Source: Myxococcales bacterium
GTDB lineage: Bacteria; Myxococcota_A; Polyangia; Polyangiales; Houyiibacteriaceae
Reading direction: 5' to 3'
Assembly: GCA_019637115.1 (NCBI GenBank)
Contig: JAHBWH010000003.1
Span: 7,701-71,700 of the forward strand
DNA length: 64,000 bases
The translations under genes were made by a program, and so were the position numbers. How positions within the stretch are numbered: position 1 is the first letter of the stretch; each line of letters begins with the position of its first letter. This document shows, in pieces, positions 12,012-21,987 of the stretch. Under the pieces are notes generated by a model. That model had not been told where the DNA came from. It was given only the letters and a program-made list of their open reading frames with translations, and made no database searches.

Positions 12012-12149
12012 ATGCACGTCGTCAGCGGCGACAGCACGGTCGCCGTCACCTGCTACCGCGATCGCTGCCGGACGTTGAACGTCCTGTCGTCGCGCAAGCC
12101 GACGCCGCCGGCGCCCGCGAACGCGCTTCCGAACGTGAGCGCGGCGTAG
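12012..12149 (+). pseudogene. 3' fragment of a second com-like gene
   Basis: MHVVSGDSTVAVTCYRDRCRTLNVLSSR.. matches codons 35-80 of 9611..9853. It lacks the first CxxC. Confidence 0.55.
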
Positions 12150-12246
12150 CCCGCGGCCTCGCACTCACCACCAGTTCAACGGAGCGCATGACGCCCTAAC
12201 CACGGCCCCAAGGAGCGCCTGACGCCCGCCGGAAAGGCGGCGCGTC

Positions 12247-13107
12247 ATGCGCGCGAGCTGGGAGGCCCTGCGTGCAGGCCTCGATCGTTCCGTTCGTACT
12301 CTTCAGGCAGAGCAGTCGTTCCAACAAGCCAAGGCCCAACACCCGGTGCTCACCGGGTTCGACGACGCGGAGAAGGTCGTCGACCACCTCGTGAACGCGC
12401 GCGGCGACGGCGAAGCAAAAGATCGCCTCCTCGCCAGGCTCGTCGCGATGGTGCAGCAGCGCGAGCACCACGAGGTCGCGAGCGGGCTGCTGTGGCTCGG
12501 GCTGTGGCCCGGCCTCACCGGCGTCTACGGTCGCCGCGTTCGCCACTTCAACGGTGAGCCCGACGAGCTCGTCGCGGAGATCGCGCGCGCGTTCACCGAG
12601 CTGGTGGAGCGCCTCGATCTCACGGCCGTCAACCGCGTTGCGGCCACGCTCGTGCGCAGCACCGAGCGCGACGTGATGTACCGACGCAAGCGCTCGTGGC
12701 TGGCGGCGAGCGATGGGCTTCGCATCGATCACGAGGAGATTTCCGCTTCGATCGACGCGGACGAGGACGACGGCATCGCGAGCTGGTTCGACAAGGCCTC
12801 GCTCAAGCGCTGGACCGAGACCCAACACGGCTCCGCGCTCGGCCTCACGCCGGGACTCTCGTTCGAAGAGGACGTCGCCGTGCTGCGCGCATGGCTCGAG
12901 CCCGTGGTTGGCGAAGACGCGGAGCTGCTCATCGCCGTGCTGGTCCTGGACGAGTCGCGTCGTGAGGTCGGTGAGCGCTTGGGCCTCGCCACCGACAGCG
13001 GGCGCAAGCGCGTCCAGCGCGCCGTGGCCCGCCTGAAAAAGCACCTCGCGAGATCGCTGTCCCGTTTCGCGCGAGCGGACCGCTTTTCCCACCCACAGGC
13101 CCCCTGA
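12247..13107 (+). CDS. sigma-70/ECF-like regulator (paralogue 3)
   Basis: Roughly 60% identical by eye to the 9951 product. Same LLWLGLWPGL and C-terminal HTH (REVGERLGLATDSGRKRVQRAVARLKKHL). Confidence 0.55.
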   Translation: MRASWEALRAGLDRSVRTLQAEQSFQQAKAQHPVLTGFDDAEKVVDHLVNARGDGEAKDRLLARLVAMVQQREHHEVASGLLWLGLWPGLTGVYGRRVRHFNGEPDELVAEIARAFTELVERLDLTAVNRVAATLVRSTERDVMYRRKRSWLAASDGLRIDHEEISASIDADEDDGIASWFDKASLKRWTETQHGSALGLTPGLSFEEDVAVLRAWLEPVVGEDAELLIAVLVLDESRREVGERLGLATDSGRKRVQRAVARLKKHLARSLSRFARADRFSHPQAP

Positions 13108-13129
13108 ACCGCACGGAGGACGCACCGAG

Positions 13130-13378
13130 ATGACCCGCGAACCGATCCCCATCCTCAACCTGCCCGGCGACGAGGACTTCATCCGCCTGCCGGGCCTCTT
13201 CCGACGCTGGGAGCTGAACGACGTCATCGAGCTCGGCGCGGACTTCCACCTCGAAGACGCCGGCGAGGCCGCCGACGGGACGCAGCTCATCGCCGTGTAC
13301 CGGCGCGAGCGACGCAGCACCCGCAACACGACCACCGACAGCAGCAGCACCACCAACCATAACAAGAAGGAGCAGTGA
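13130..13378 (+). CDS. small hypothetical protein (82 aa)
   Basis: Full-length version of the truncated 10826 ORF, positioned after the sigma-like gene. Confidence 0.45.
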   Translation: MTREPIPILNLPGDEDFIRLPGLFRRWELNDVIELGADFHLEDAGEAADGTQLIAVYRRERRSTRNTTTDSSSTTNHNKKEQ

Positions 13379-13381
13379 CCA

Positions 13382-14134
13382 ATGACGAACAGCATGTGGC
13401 AGCAGACCGAAGAGATGGCGAAGAAGCACGACCAGGGCGGCTCGCTCTGGCTCAAGCTCGCGGGCGACGGCGACAAGGCCGTCGTCGTCTTCCTGGGTGA
13501 GCCGCACCCGCGCGAGGTGGCCTTCGTCGACGGCAAGTACGTCGAGGTCGACGAGAAGATGAAGGCCGCGGGCACGAAGGCCTCGCTGCGCGTCGCGCTG
13601 AACGTCGCCCTCTACGACTCGAAGGAGGTGAAGGTCCTCGAGCAGGGCGTGATGTTCTTCAAGGACCTCGTCCGCGTCCGCGAGAAGTACGGCCTCGAGA
13701 AGTGGGCCTTCGAGATCCAGCGCCACGGCGCCGCGAAGGACCCGAAGACCACGTACTCGATCCTCCCGGAGCACCAGCTCTCGGTCGAGCAGCAGAAGGC
13801 CTTCCAGGCGCTCCCGCAGCACGACCTCGCGAAGCTCTACTCCGGCGAGGCGGACGGCGGCGCGAAGGGTGGCCAGTCGCTCGACAGCTACGACAAGAAG
13901 AGCGACGCGAAGGGCGACGGCACCGTGGCCCCCAACGTCGCGCAGGGGCTCGTCACTGCGCTCAAGGCGCTGCCGCGCGAGGCGACGGACAAGTTCCTCG
14001 CGAAGTTCGGCGTCCAGCGCATCAAGGACCTGCCGACGTCGCAGGTGGAGAAGGCGCGCGCGTTCGTCGAGCAGCTCCAGACGGAGAGCGCCGCGCCCGC
14101 CGCCGCCGAGACCGAGGTCGATCCCTTCGCCTGA
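13382..14134 (+). CDS. putative phage ssDNA-binding protein
   Basis: 250 aa. Beta-rich N-terminal half, a flexible Ala/Gly/Lys linker and an acidic C-terminal tail ending ETEVDPFA (SSB-type D-x-P-F tip). It sits at the head of the replication genes. The call is an inference. Confidence 0.35.
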   Translation: MTNSMWQQTEEMAKKHDQGGSLWLKLAGDGDKAVVVFLGEPHPREVAFVDGKYVEVDEKMKAAGTKASLRVALNVALYDSKEVKVLEQGVMFFKDLVRVREKYGLEKWAFEIQRHGAAKDPKTTYSILPEHQLSVEQQKAFQALPQHDLAKLYSGEADGGAKGGQSLDSYDKKSDAKGDGTVAPNVAQGLVTALKALPREATDKFLAKFGVQRIKDLPTSQVEKARAFVEQLQTESAAPAAAETEVDPFA

Positions 14135-14155
14135 ACGAGCCGCGAGGAGCCACCG

Positions 14156-16090
14156 ATGAATGACTACCTCTCCGAGGTCTTCGGGGACGGCGGGCTCTTC
14201 GCCTCGCGGTTCCCCGGGTACGAGATGCGCGAGGGCCAGGTGGCGCTCGCCCGCATGGTCGATGAGGCCATGCGCGGCGGGCGTCACGCCCTCGGCGAAG
14301 GGCCGTGCGGAACCGGCAAGTCGGTCGCGTACGCGGTGCCGGCCGTTCACCACGCGCACCACGAGAAGAAGCGCGTCGTGATCGCGACCGCGAACATCGC
14401 GCTTCAGGAGCAGCTCGTCCGCAAGGACCTTCCGATGCTCGCGAGCGTGCTGCCGTGGCCGTTCACCTTCGCGCTGCTCAAGGGCCGCAACAACTACGTC
14501 TGCCTCGATCGCATGGCCGAGAGCGAGGCGCGCGGCGAGCTGCGCGGGCTCTACTACGACGACCAGCAGCGGCAGGTCGACGAGGTGCTCGCGTGGGCCG
14601 AGGCGACGAAGACGGGCGACGTCTCCGAGCTGCCGTTCATCCCGCACGCCCAGGTCTGGTCGCGGTTCTCGGTGGGCTCCGAGGAGTGCAAGGGCGACGG
14701 CTGCCCGTTCCGTGACGACTGCTTCGCCGAGCGCGCGAAGGCGACGGCGCAGGGCGCGGACATCGTCGTCACGAACTACCACATGCTCTTCGCGCACCTC
14801 GCCGTGCGCCAGGCGACGGGGCAAGACCTCGTGCTGCCTGCGTTCGATTTGCTCGTGCTCGACGAGGCGCACGAGGCCGCCGAGATCGCCCGCGAGTTCT
14901 TCGGGTTCACGCTGTCGGAGCACACCTTCGGGCGGCTCGCCTCGGCGGCGGCCGACCTCGGGAACAAGCAGCTCGCGGGCGAGCTTCGCCAGGAGGCGCA
15001 GCGCCTGTTCGCGGCGCTCTCCGACTTCGCCCGCTCGCCCCGGTACAAGAAGCGGCTCAAGGCGCCGGGCTTCGCCAACGACGCGGGCGTCCAGCGCGCG
15101 CTGGGCAAGCTCGTGGCGCTCGCCAAGGCCCGCGCCGAGGACGAGCTCGCGGACAAGAAGGAGCGCGCTACGGCGCGCAACGTGGCCAAGAACGCAGCCA
15201 CAGCGGCCGCGCGCCTGTCCGAGGGGCTCGCGCAGTCGAACCACGCCTGCGTCTACTGGCTCGACCTCGACAACAAGGGGCGCACCAAGCTCCGGTCGAA
15301 GCCCATCGACGTCAGCGATCTGCTGCGCGCTGAGCTGTTCGCGCGCTGCCCGTCGGTGTCGCTGGTGTCAGCCACGCTCACCACCTCAGGCACCTTCGAC
15401 TTCGTGCGCCGCGAGCTCGGCGTGCCCGAGGGCGCGCTCGAGGTCGTCGCCGAGACGCCGTTCGACTTCGCGTCCCAGGCGCTCCTCGTTGTGCCCGAAC
15501 GGCTGCCGGACCCACGCGACGCCGAGTTCATCGACGAGGCCGCGCGCATCTTCCAGTACGTCGTCGACGTCTGCGACGGCCGCACGCTCGGGCTCTTCAC
15601 GTCGTACCGGAACTTGAACGCCGTCTACGAGCGCCTCGACGGGCGCGAGCACCGCGTGTTGCGCCAGGGCGAGCTCCCGCGCGCGGAGCTGACGCGCCTC
15701 TTCAAGGAGGACGTCGGCAGCATCCTGCTGGGCACGGAGAGCTTCTGGACCGGCATCGACGTCGCCGGCGAGGCGCTCACCGGGCTCGTCATCGACAAGC
15801 TGCCGTTCCCGCAGCCGGACGACCCGGTCATCGACGCCATCTGCGAGCGCGATCCGCGTGCCTTCGACAACTACCTCGTGCCGCTCGCCATCATCGCGCT
15901 GCGCCAGGGTGTGGGCCGCCTCATTCGCTGCAAGTCGGACGTGGGCGTCGCCGTCATCCTCGACAAGCGCATCGCCGAGAAGGGCTACGGGAAGAAGTTC
16001 CTCAAGAGCCTGCCGCCGATGCTCACCACCCGGCGCGTCGAGAACATCACCCGCTTCCTCGAGGAGGCTGCCTATGCGCGCGCGAGTTGA
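14156..16090 (+). CDS. DinG/XPD-family (Rad3-like) ATP-dependent helicase
   Basis: Walker A GPCGTGKSVAY, DEAH box LLVLDEAHEA, Fe-S Cys cluster (NNYVCLD...CKGDGCPFRDDCF), and C-terminal GTESFWTGIDV..LVIDKLPFP. Confidence 0.8.
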   Translation: MNDYLSEVFGDGGLFASRFPGYEMREGQVALARMVDEAMRGGRHALGEGPCGTGKSVAYAVPAVHHAHHEKKRVVIATANIALQEQLVRKDLPMLASVLPWPFTFALLKGRNNYVCLDRMAESEARGELRGLYYDDQQRQVDEVLAWAEATKTGDVSELPFIPHAQVWSRFSVGSEECKGDGCPFRDDCFAERAKATAQGADIVVTNYHMLFAHLAVRQATGQDLVLPAFDLLVLDEAHEAAEIAREFFGFTLSEHTFGRLASAAADLGNKQLAGELRQEAQRLFAALSDFARSPRYKKRLKAPGFANDAGVQRALGKLVALAKARAEDELADKKERATARNVAKNAATAAARLSEGLAQSNHACVYWLDLDNKGRTKLRSKPIDVSDLLRAELFARCPSVSLVSATLTTSGTFDFVRRELGVPEGALEVVAETPFDFASQALLVVPERLPDPRDAEFIDEAARIFQYVVDVCDGRTLGLFTSYRNLNAVYERLDGREHRVLRQGELPRAELTRLFKEDVGSILLGTESFWTGIDVAGEALTGLVIDKLPFPQPDDPVIDAICERDPRAFDNYLVPLAIIALRQGVGRLIRCKSDVGVAVILDKRIAEKGYGKKFLKSLPPMLTTRRVENITRFLEEAAYARAS

Positions 16091-17474
16091 TGCGGCGCTG
16101 ACGCTCGACGCCCGGGAGATGCCGCCGAAGGTCGTCGAGCGCCTGTGCCGAATGCTGTCGTTCCCGAACCCCGCGTTCCTCGACCGGCTTCGCCTCGGGC
16201 TGAACCCTGGCGCCGAGCTCGAGACGGTCTGCTTCGTCGAGCAGGAGGAAGGGAAGCTGCGTCTCCCGCGCGGGGCCATCCACGTACTCCGGCGCGCGGC
16301 CGCGCAGGACGGGCTCATCGTCGCCTGCGATGACGCGCGCGTGCTGCCCGAAGCGACGCTCGATGTACCCGCGCTCGGCCTCCGCGACTACCAGTCGGTC
16401 GCCGTCGAGAAGCTCGCGAGGGTCACGCAGGGGACGGTCGTCATCCCGTGCGGCGGCGGCAAGACGCGCGTCGGCATGGGCGCGATCGCCAAGCTGCGCA
16501 CGCCGACGCTCATCCTCGTCCACACCCTCGACCTCGCCGAGCAGTGGCTCGGGGAGCTGAAGGACAAGCTCGGGATCGAGGCCGGGCTGATCGGTGACGG
16601 CGAGGAGCGCCCGGCGCCCGTGACAGTGGCCGTCATCCAGGCGTTGCTGCGCTGGGAGCCCGCGAAGCTCGACGCCTTCCTCGGGGGCTTCGGCCTGCTC
16701 ATCCTCGACGAGGCCCACCACGTCGCCGCGAGCACGTTCCACTCGGTCGTCGATCACTGCCCCGCGCGCTACCGCCTGGGGCTCACCGCGACGCCCGAGC
16801 GCGAAGATGGGCTGACCGCGCTGCTCGACCTGTTCATGGGCGCGCCGCTCGTCAACGTCACGCACGACGAGCTGGTCGCGGCGGGCGTCCTCACGGTGCC
16901 CGACATCCACAGCGTGGAGACGGACTTCACGTACCTCTACACCGGCGCCGAGGACTACGCGCCGATGCTGGCCGCCGTCGCGAGCGATCCCGCGCGCAAC
17001 GCGCTCATCGTCGAGCACGTCGCTCGCGAAGCCCATGCCGGCCACGTCTGCCTCGTGCTCTCCGGCCGCATCGACCACTGCCACACGCTCGCCAACGCCA
17101 TCGAGGCCGAGGGCGTCTCGGCGGCGGTGCTCACCGGGGAGGTCAAGCGCGCGGTCCGCAAGGAGCTGCTCGATCGCGCCCGCGCCGGGGAGCTGGCGGT
17201 CATCGTCGCCACCAGCCTCGCCGACGAAGGCCTCGACCTGCCGCGCCTCTCCCGCGTGTTCCTCGCGTACCCCGGCCGCGCGCGCGGTCGCACCGTGCAG
17301 CGCCTCGGGCGCCTGATGCGCCCGCATGCTGAGAAGACCGACGCCGCCCTGTTCGACTTCGTCGACCGTAAGGTGCCGCTCCTGCGGCGCCACCACCTCG
17401 AGCGCCGGAAGCTCTACGCCGAGGTGCTGGGCGTGCCAGCGTCGAAGCTCGGCACGCGCCAGGGAGCCGCATGA
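16074..17474 (+). CDS. SF2 DEAD/DEAH helicase (XPB / type III res-like)
   Basis: The internal ATG at 16074 overlaps the upstream gene. Motifs PCGGGKT, LLILDEAHH, GLTATPER and QRLGRLMR. Confidence 0.75.
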   Translation: MRARVDAALTLDAREMPPKVVERLCRMLSFPNPAFLDRLRLGLNPGAELETVCFVEQEEGKLRLPRGAIHVLRRAAAQDGLIVACDDARVLPEATLDVPALGLRDYQSVAVEKLARVTQGTVVIPCGGGKTRVGMGAIAKLRTPTLILVHTLDLAEQWLGELKDKLGIEAGLIGDGEERPAPVTVAVIQALLRWEPAKLDAFLGGFGLLILDEAHHVAASTFHSVVDHCPARYRLGLTATPEREDGLTALLDLFMGAPLVNVTHDELVAAGVLTVPDIHSVETDFTYLYTGAEDYAPMLAAVASDPARNALIVEHVAREAHAGHVCLVLSGRIDHCHTLANAIEAEGVSAAVLTGEVKRAVRKELLDRARAGELAVIVATSLADEGLDLPRLSRVFLAYPGRARGRTVQRLGRLMRPHAEKTDAALFDFVDRKVPLLRRHHLERRKLYAEVLGVPASKLGTRQGAA

Positions 17475-20400
17475 GCGCGCTCGGTCCCGACGAGAGCACC
17501 ATCCGCGCCACCTGGCGCTGGCTCGCCCACGGCGCGCACGGCGTCTCGGAGGTGCGCGTCATTCGCCCTGCGGGCGGCATCATCGGCATCGGCTTCTTCG
17601 ACGACGAGGAGGCCTTCGTCCGCGAGTGCGTTCGCACCAACGCGATCGGCAACGTCTACGTCGGCATCCAGCCGCGCCCACGCCGCCTCTTCGACGCCGC
17701 GCCGAACGTGGTGCGCCCGCTCAAGACCGGCGCTGGCCGAAAGGACATCGAGGTCATCACCGCGACGGTCATCGACCTCGACCCGGTGCGTCCGAAGGAC
17801 ACCGCCAGCACCGACGCCGAGCTGGCGCTCGCGATGGCCGCCGCGAACGAGGCCATCGCATGGTGCGAGTCCGAGGGGCTCGTGCGCCCGCGCCTGATGA
17901 TGAGCGGCAACGGCGCGCAGCTCTGGTTCGTGTTGCCGCCCACGGTGCTCGAGGGCGAGCGCCGCGAGCGGCTCCAGGCCGGGCTCAAGGCCTTCGAGAC
18001 GAAGGTCCGCGAGCGTGCGCAGACCGACGCCGTCCACGTCGACTCCATCCACGACGTCGCCCGCATCATCAAGGTCATCGGCACGGTCAGCCACAAGGGC
18101 GACGGCCAGGGCGACCGCCCGCACCGCGTTAGCGCCGCGCTCTCCGGCTTCGACCGCGTTGAGGACGAGAGGCTCCTCGCGCGTCTCGACGTCGAACCCG
18201 AGCCCACGCTGCCCGTCGCGGCCCCACGTGTATCGCTGCCGCTCGTCGGCAACGTGCCCGCCCCGGGCACCATCAAGGCGAAGCGCACGCCCGAAGGCGA
18301 GTACGACTGGGAGCACCCGGTCGAGATGTGCGGTCCGGTACAGCGCCTCTGGGACCACGGCGCAGAGGATCGCAGCGTCGCCATCTTCGACATGGTGCGC
18401 TTCTTCGCGCACAAGGGACTCGGCCTCGACGAGCTCACCGAGCTGATCCTCGAGTGGGATCGCCGTGGCGAGAGGATGGGCAAGCTGCGCGGCCGCGACG
18501 GCGTCCGCTACATCGCGAAGGCGCATGAGAAGGTGCTCGCCACCGCGCGCGCCGACGGCTCCGTCGCGCCGCCGTGCCACTCGCTCCAGAAGATCGGCTT
18601 CTGCAAGGTGAACGTCGAGCCGACGGCGCGGTGCGACCTCTACGACGTCGTCTTCGACATCGAGAAGGCGATCGAAGCCGTGCCAGCCGACACGCCCGCG
18701 CGCGAGCTGGAGTACCGGCTCAAGCCCATCCTCGACGCCATCGCGCACCGCGACCCGTCGGTGCAGTCGAAGTACCTCGGCGCCGTCGAGAAGCGCTTCG
18801 GGCTGAAGGCCAAGGACCTGCGCAAAGCGGTCGCCAAGGCAGCCACCACGCCCGCGCGCGAGGACGGCGAGGGCGCCGATCCCGAGAGCAGCGACGAGGA
18901 CATGGAGGGCGCGATCTTCGAGGACGCGTCCTGCTACTACTGCATGACCGCGCGCGGCGATTCGAAGGTCATCTCATCGTTCACCATCGAGCCGACGATG
19001 CGCGTCCTCACCGAGGACGGCGAGATGATCTTCGGCGACGCGCTCACCGACAAGCACGGCAAGGTGCCGGGGCTGCGGCTCCCGCTCACCGCGTTTCACA
19101 GCAAGCGCGACCTCATTCGCCAGCTCCCGTCCGCCGACCTCCAGTGGACCGGCAGCGACAACAACGTCCAGGGGCTCCTGCGGGTGCTCGCGCGCCGGGA
19201 GATCCCGCGTCGTCCGGGCTCCAACATGCTCGGCGACTACAAGAAGGGCGAGCACCACGTCTGGCTCGGGCCGAACTGCGCCATCGGAAAGGAGGGCTTC
19301 ATGGAACCGTCTCCCGTGATGTACGTCCCGAGCGGCGCCTCGCTCGACAAGCGCATCGCCTACGTGAAGGTCGACGAGGACACGTTCCTCGAGGTCGCGG
19401 CGACGGTCTTTCGCTGCCTGCCGCAGGTGAACCGGCCTGAGGTGATGCTGCCCGTCATCGGCTGGTTCTTCGCCACGCCGATGAAGCCGCGCTTCATGGA
19501 GAGGGTCGGCACGTTCCCGACGCTCTTCGTGTGGGGCACGCAGGGCTCGGGCAAGTCGAGCCTCTGCATCGACATCATGTGGCCGCTCTTCGGCATCCGC
19601 GACGCCGAGCCGTACTCCGCGACGGAGACCGAGTTCGCGCTCCTCAAGCTCCTCACGTCGACGCGCTCGGTGCCCGTCTTCATCGACGAGTACAAGCCCT
19701 ACGACATGCAGCGCCAGCGGCTGAACACCCTGCATCGCTACCTGCGACGCCTGTACCGAGGCGAGACCGAGGAGCGCGGGCGTCCCGACCTCAAGGTGAA
19801 CAGCTACCACCTGCAGGCGCCCGTCTGCGTCGCGGGCGAGACGCGCCCCACGGAGGCCGCGCTGCTCGAGCGCATCGTCACCGCGAACCCCGACAAGACG
19901 ACGCTCGCGCAGAACCCGACCGCGCGCGCAGCCTACAAGGAGCTGCGCTCGGTTGACCTGGTGCTGTTCGCCCCGCGTTACATCCAGTTCTGCCTCGGGC
20001 GCGACTTCGACGCCGACCTCGAGGTCGCGCGCGCCGTGGCCAAGGCGCTCCTCGACGGCCGCAAGGTGCCCGTGCGTATCGTCGAGAACCTCACGGCCAT
20101 GCTGCTCGGCGTGCATCTCTTCGAGGAGTTCGCCAAGCATTGCGGCTGCGAGCTGCCCGACGAGCTCGGCGTCGAGGCCGCCGTCAACGCCATCCTCGAG
20201 GACGTGCTCGAGACCGATCACGGCGTGAAGAACGCCCTCGACCACTTCCTCGAGATGCTCGGCGTGATGGCCGTGCAGGGAGACCTCAAGCACAAGGTCC
20301 ACTACGTGTTCGAGAACGGGCACCTCGCCGTCCACCTCGAGAGCGCCTACGACGCCTTCCGCGCGCACTGCAAGCGCATCGACTACGAGGGCGAGATGGT

Positions 20401-20626
20401 GGACCTGAAGGCGCTCCGTCGCCTCGTCACCGAGAGCAAGAAGCAGGGCGGCTTCGTCACCGCCGAGAGCGAGCGCGTCACCTTCGACAGCGGGAGGCGC
20501 CGCGCGTTCCTCGTGGACCTCACCAAGACCAAGGTCGTCACCGCAGACGACTTCCCGACGCCCGAGGAGGGCGGCAGCAGCGGCTTCCGCGACAACTTCA
20601 AGGGTCGCTACGGGCGCGAGGACTGA
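17471..20626 (+). CDS. primase-polymerase (AEP) fused to a D5/P4-type replicative helicase
   Basis: AEP motifs VIDLDPV and SGNGAQLWF. Mid/C-terminal Walker A WGTQGSGKSS and Walker B VFIDEYK. ATGA overlap with the upstream helicase. Confidence 0.75.
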   Translation: MSALGPDESTIRATWRWLAHGAHGVSEVRVIRPAGGIIGIGFFDDEEAFVRECVRTNAIGNVYVGIQPRPRRLFDAAPNVVRPLKTGAGRKDIEVITATVIDLDPVRPKDTASTDAELALAMAAANEAIAWCESEGLVRPRLMMSGNGAQLWFVLPPTVLEGERRERLQAGLKAFETKVRERAQTDAVHVDSIHDVARIIKVIGTVSHKGDGQGDRPHRVSAALSGFDRVEDERLLARLDVEPEPTLPVAAPRVSLPLVGNVPAPGTIKAKRTPEGEYDWEHPVEMCGPVQRLWDHGAEDRSVAIFDMVRFFAHKGLGLDELTELILEWDRRGERMGKLRGRDGVRYIAKAHEKVLATARADGSVAPPCHSLQKIGFCKVNVEPTARCDLYDVVFDIEKAIEAVPADTPARELEYRLKPILDAIAHRDPSVQSKYLGAVEKRFGLKAKDLRKAVAKAATTPAREDGEGADPESSDEDMEGAIFEDASCYYCMTARGDSKVISSFTIEPTMRVLTEDGEMIFGDALTDKHGKVPGLRLPLTAFHSKRDLIRQLPSADLQWTGSDNNVQGLLRVLARREIPRRPGSNMLGDYKKGEHHVWLGPNCAIGKEGFMEPSPVMYVPSGASLDKRIAYVKVDEDTFLEVAATVFRCLPQVNRPEVMLPVIGWFFATPMKPRFMERVGTFPTLFVWGTQGSGKSSLCIDIMWPLFGIRDAEPYSATETEFALLKLLTSTRSVPVFIDEYKPYDMQRQRLNTLHRYLRRLYRGETEERGRPDLKVNSYHLQAPVCVAGETRPTEAALLERIVTANPDKTTLAQNPTARAAYKELRSVDLVLFAPRYIQFCLGRDFDADLEVARAVAKALLDGRKVPVRIVENLTAMLLGVHLFEEFAKHCGCELPDELGVEAAVNAILEDVLETDHGVKNALDHFLEMLGVMAVQGDLKHKVHYVFENGHLAVHLESAYDAFRAHCKRIDYEGEMVDLKALRRLVTESKKQGGFVTAESERVTFDSGRRRAFLVDLTKTKVVTADDFPTPEEGGSSGFRDNFKGRYGRED

Positions 20627-21987
20627 GCGGGATCGGCTACCGGAAGGTGCCGCTTGAGTCGCGACTGAACGGTGGTTTCCGTCAGCTCCTCGTCGAAGCG
20701 GAACTCGAGCAGCGTGTAGCCGAGCTGCTTGCAGAGCGCGCGCTTCCTTCGATCATTCGCTTGGCGTTTAGCGAGTCCTTCGTCACCGCCCCAGTGCTTG
20801 ATGGCCTCGTAGTGCTGCTCGCCCTGGTATTCGATGCCGAGCCTCAGCTCCGGCACCCACACGTCGAGTTCGAGCCCTTCGAGTTCCTTGCCGCGATAGT
20901 GATGAACGACCTCGCGAGGTGCGACGAGCGCCTCGACGACACGAAGCAGGATCGTCTCCGAGGTCCATCGTTCGCCGATCGCTGGGAAGCCGAAGTGGGC
21001 GCGCGCCTCGTTCTCGGCAGCCCTTCGTTCGGGCCCAAGCGAGAGGCCGGCCCGCCGCGCGAACAGCTCCACGTACGGCAGGTACCGTTGCGCAAAGCTC
21101 GAGTAGTACATCGGGTGCCCGTAGCTGTGGCGCGGGACGCCGCCCCGGCAGAGGTGGCAGAGCCCGCTCGTGAACGTCAGGGACTCCATGCGGTCACGAT
21201 CCTCGCTGCGAGCCACCAACCGCCGAATGTCCATCTGCACGTCGAAGTGCGGCTGGAAGCATTCGCACGCGTGGAGCCTGCCGCAGTAGCGGCAGATGTA
21301 GAGGATCGGGAAGTGGATGGTGCCGACGTGAACCTCGTCGAGCCACGCGACCTCGCAGCGCTCGTGGTCGATCAGCGTGGCGCCATCACCAAGCAGGTCC
21401 CGGATCCCTTGGCGCTCGAAGTGAACGCCGAGCGCGGCCACGTAGGGCTTCCGCTTGCGAGGTCCGGTGTCCGCGACGTGCCCGACGATCCGCATCGGCG
21501 TTGCCGGCACGAAGCGGAGCTCGTTGGTCCCGGGCGTCAGGGGGACGAGGATGTTCCCGGCGCTGAACAGGTCGACCTCCAGGAATGCCCGAAGCGACGG
21601 GAGCTTCGCGTGAGGACCGCACAGGTAGTTGATCGCCGATGCGCTGTAGTCGGCGGTGCCGTACCCAGCGCAGAACGCCGCGTCCAACGTGACGAGCTTC
21701 TGGTGGTCGCCCGCGCGGTGCTGGATGGGCGTGCCGGAGTCGACCGCGCGCGCTCGCGAGAGCTGCGGGCGAACGTCCCACTGTGCAGGTCGCACGCCAG
21801 CCTCGACCATCGCCTCTTCGAGGCTGGTTCGCAGCATACTCCGCACGTCGGCAAAGAAGTCCGACCGCCTCGTCGGCGCGAGGTCCACGGCGCGCATGAA
21901 CGCGCGGCGAACGTGATCGCTGGAGACCGGCACTTCGATGGGCACGCCGCCACGGTGCGCGATGGGGGCTCCTTTGCCGCGACTCAT
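20608..21987 (-). CDS. protein C of the orphan operon: unknown N-domain, Cys clusters, C-terminal Vsr/DUF559-like PD-(D/E)XK endonuclease
   Basis: YICRYCGRLHACEC and GLCHLCRG. C-terminus ERWTSE...LELDVWVPELRLGIEYQGEQH...RQANDRRKRALCKQLGYTLLEF. It uses more A/T-ending codons than its neighbours. Confidence 0.6.
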   Translation of the reverse strand: MSRGKGAPIAHRGGVPIEVPVSSDHVRRAFMRAVDLAPTRRSDFFADVRSMLRTSLEEAMVEAGVRPAQWDVRPQLSRARAVDSGTPIQHRAGDHQKLVTLDAAFCAGYGTADYSASAINYLCGPHAKLPSLRAFLEVDLFSAGNILVPLTPGTNELRFVPATPMRIVGHVADTGPRKRKPYVAALGVHFERQGIRDLLGDGATLIDHERCEVAWLDEVHVGTIHFPILYICRYCGRLHACECFQPHFDVQMDIRRLVARSEDRDRMESLTFTSGLCHLCRGGVPRHSYGHPMYYSSFAQRYLPYVELFARRAGLSLGPERRAAENEARAHFGFPAIGERWTSETILLRVVEALVAPREVVHHYRGKELEGLELDVWVPELRLGIEYQGEQHYEAIKHWGGDEGLAKRQANDRRKRALCKQLGYTLLEFRFDEELTETTVQSRLKRHLPVADPAQSSRP

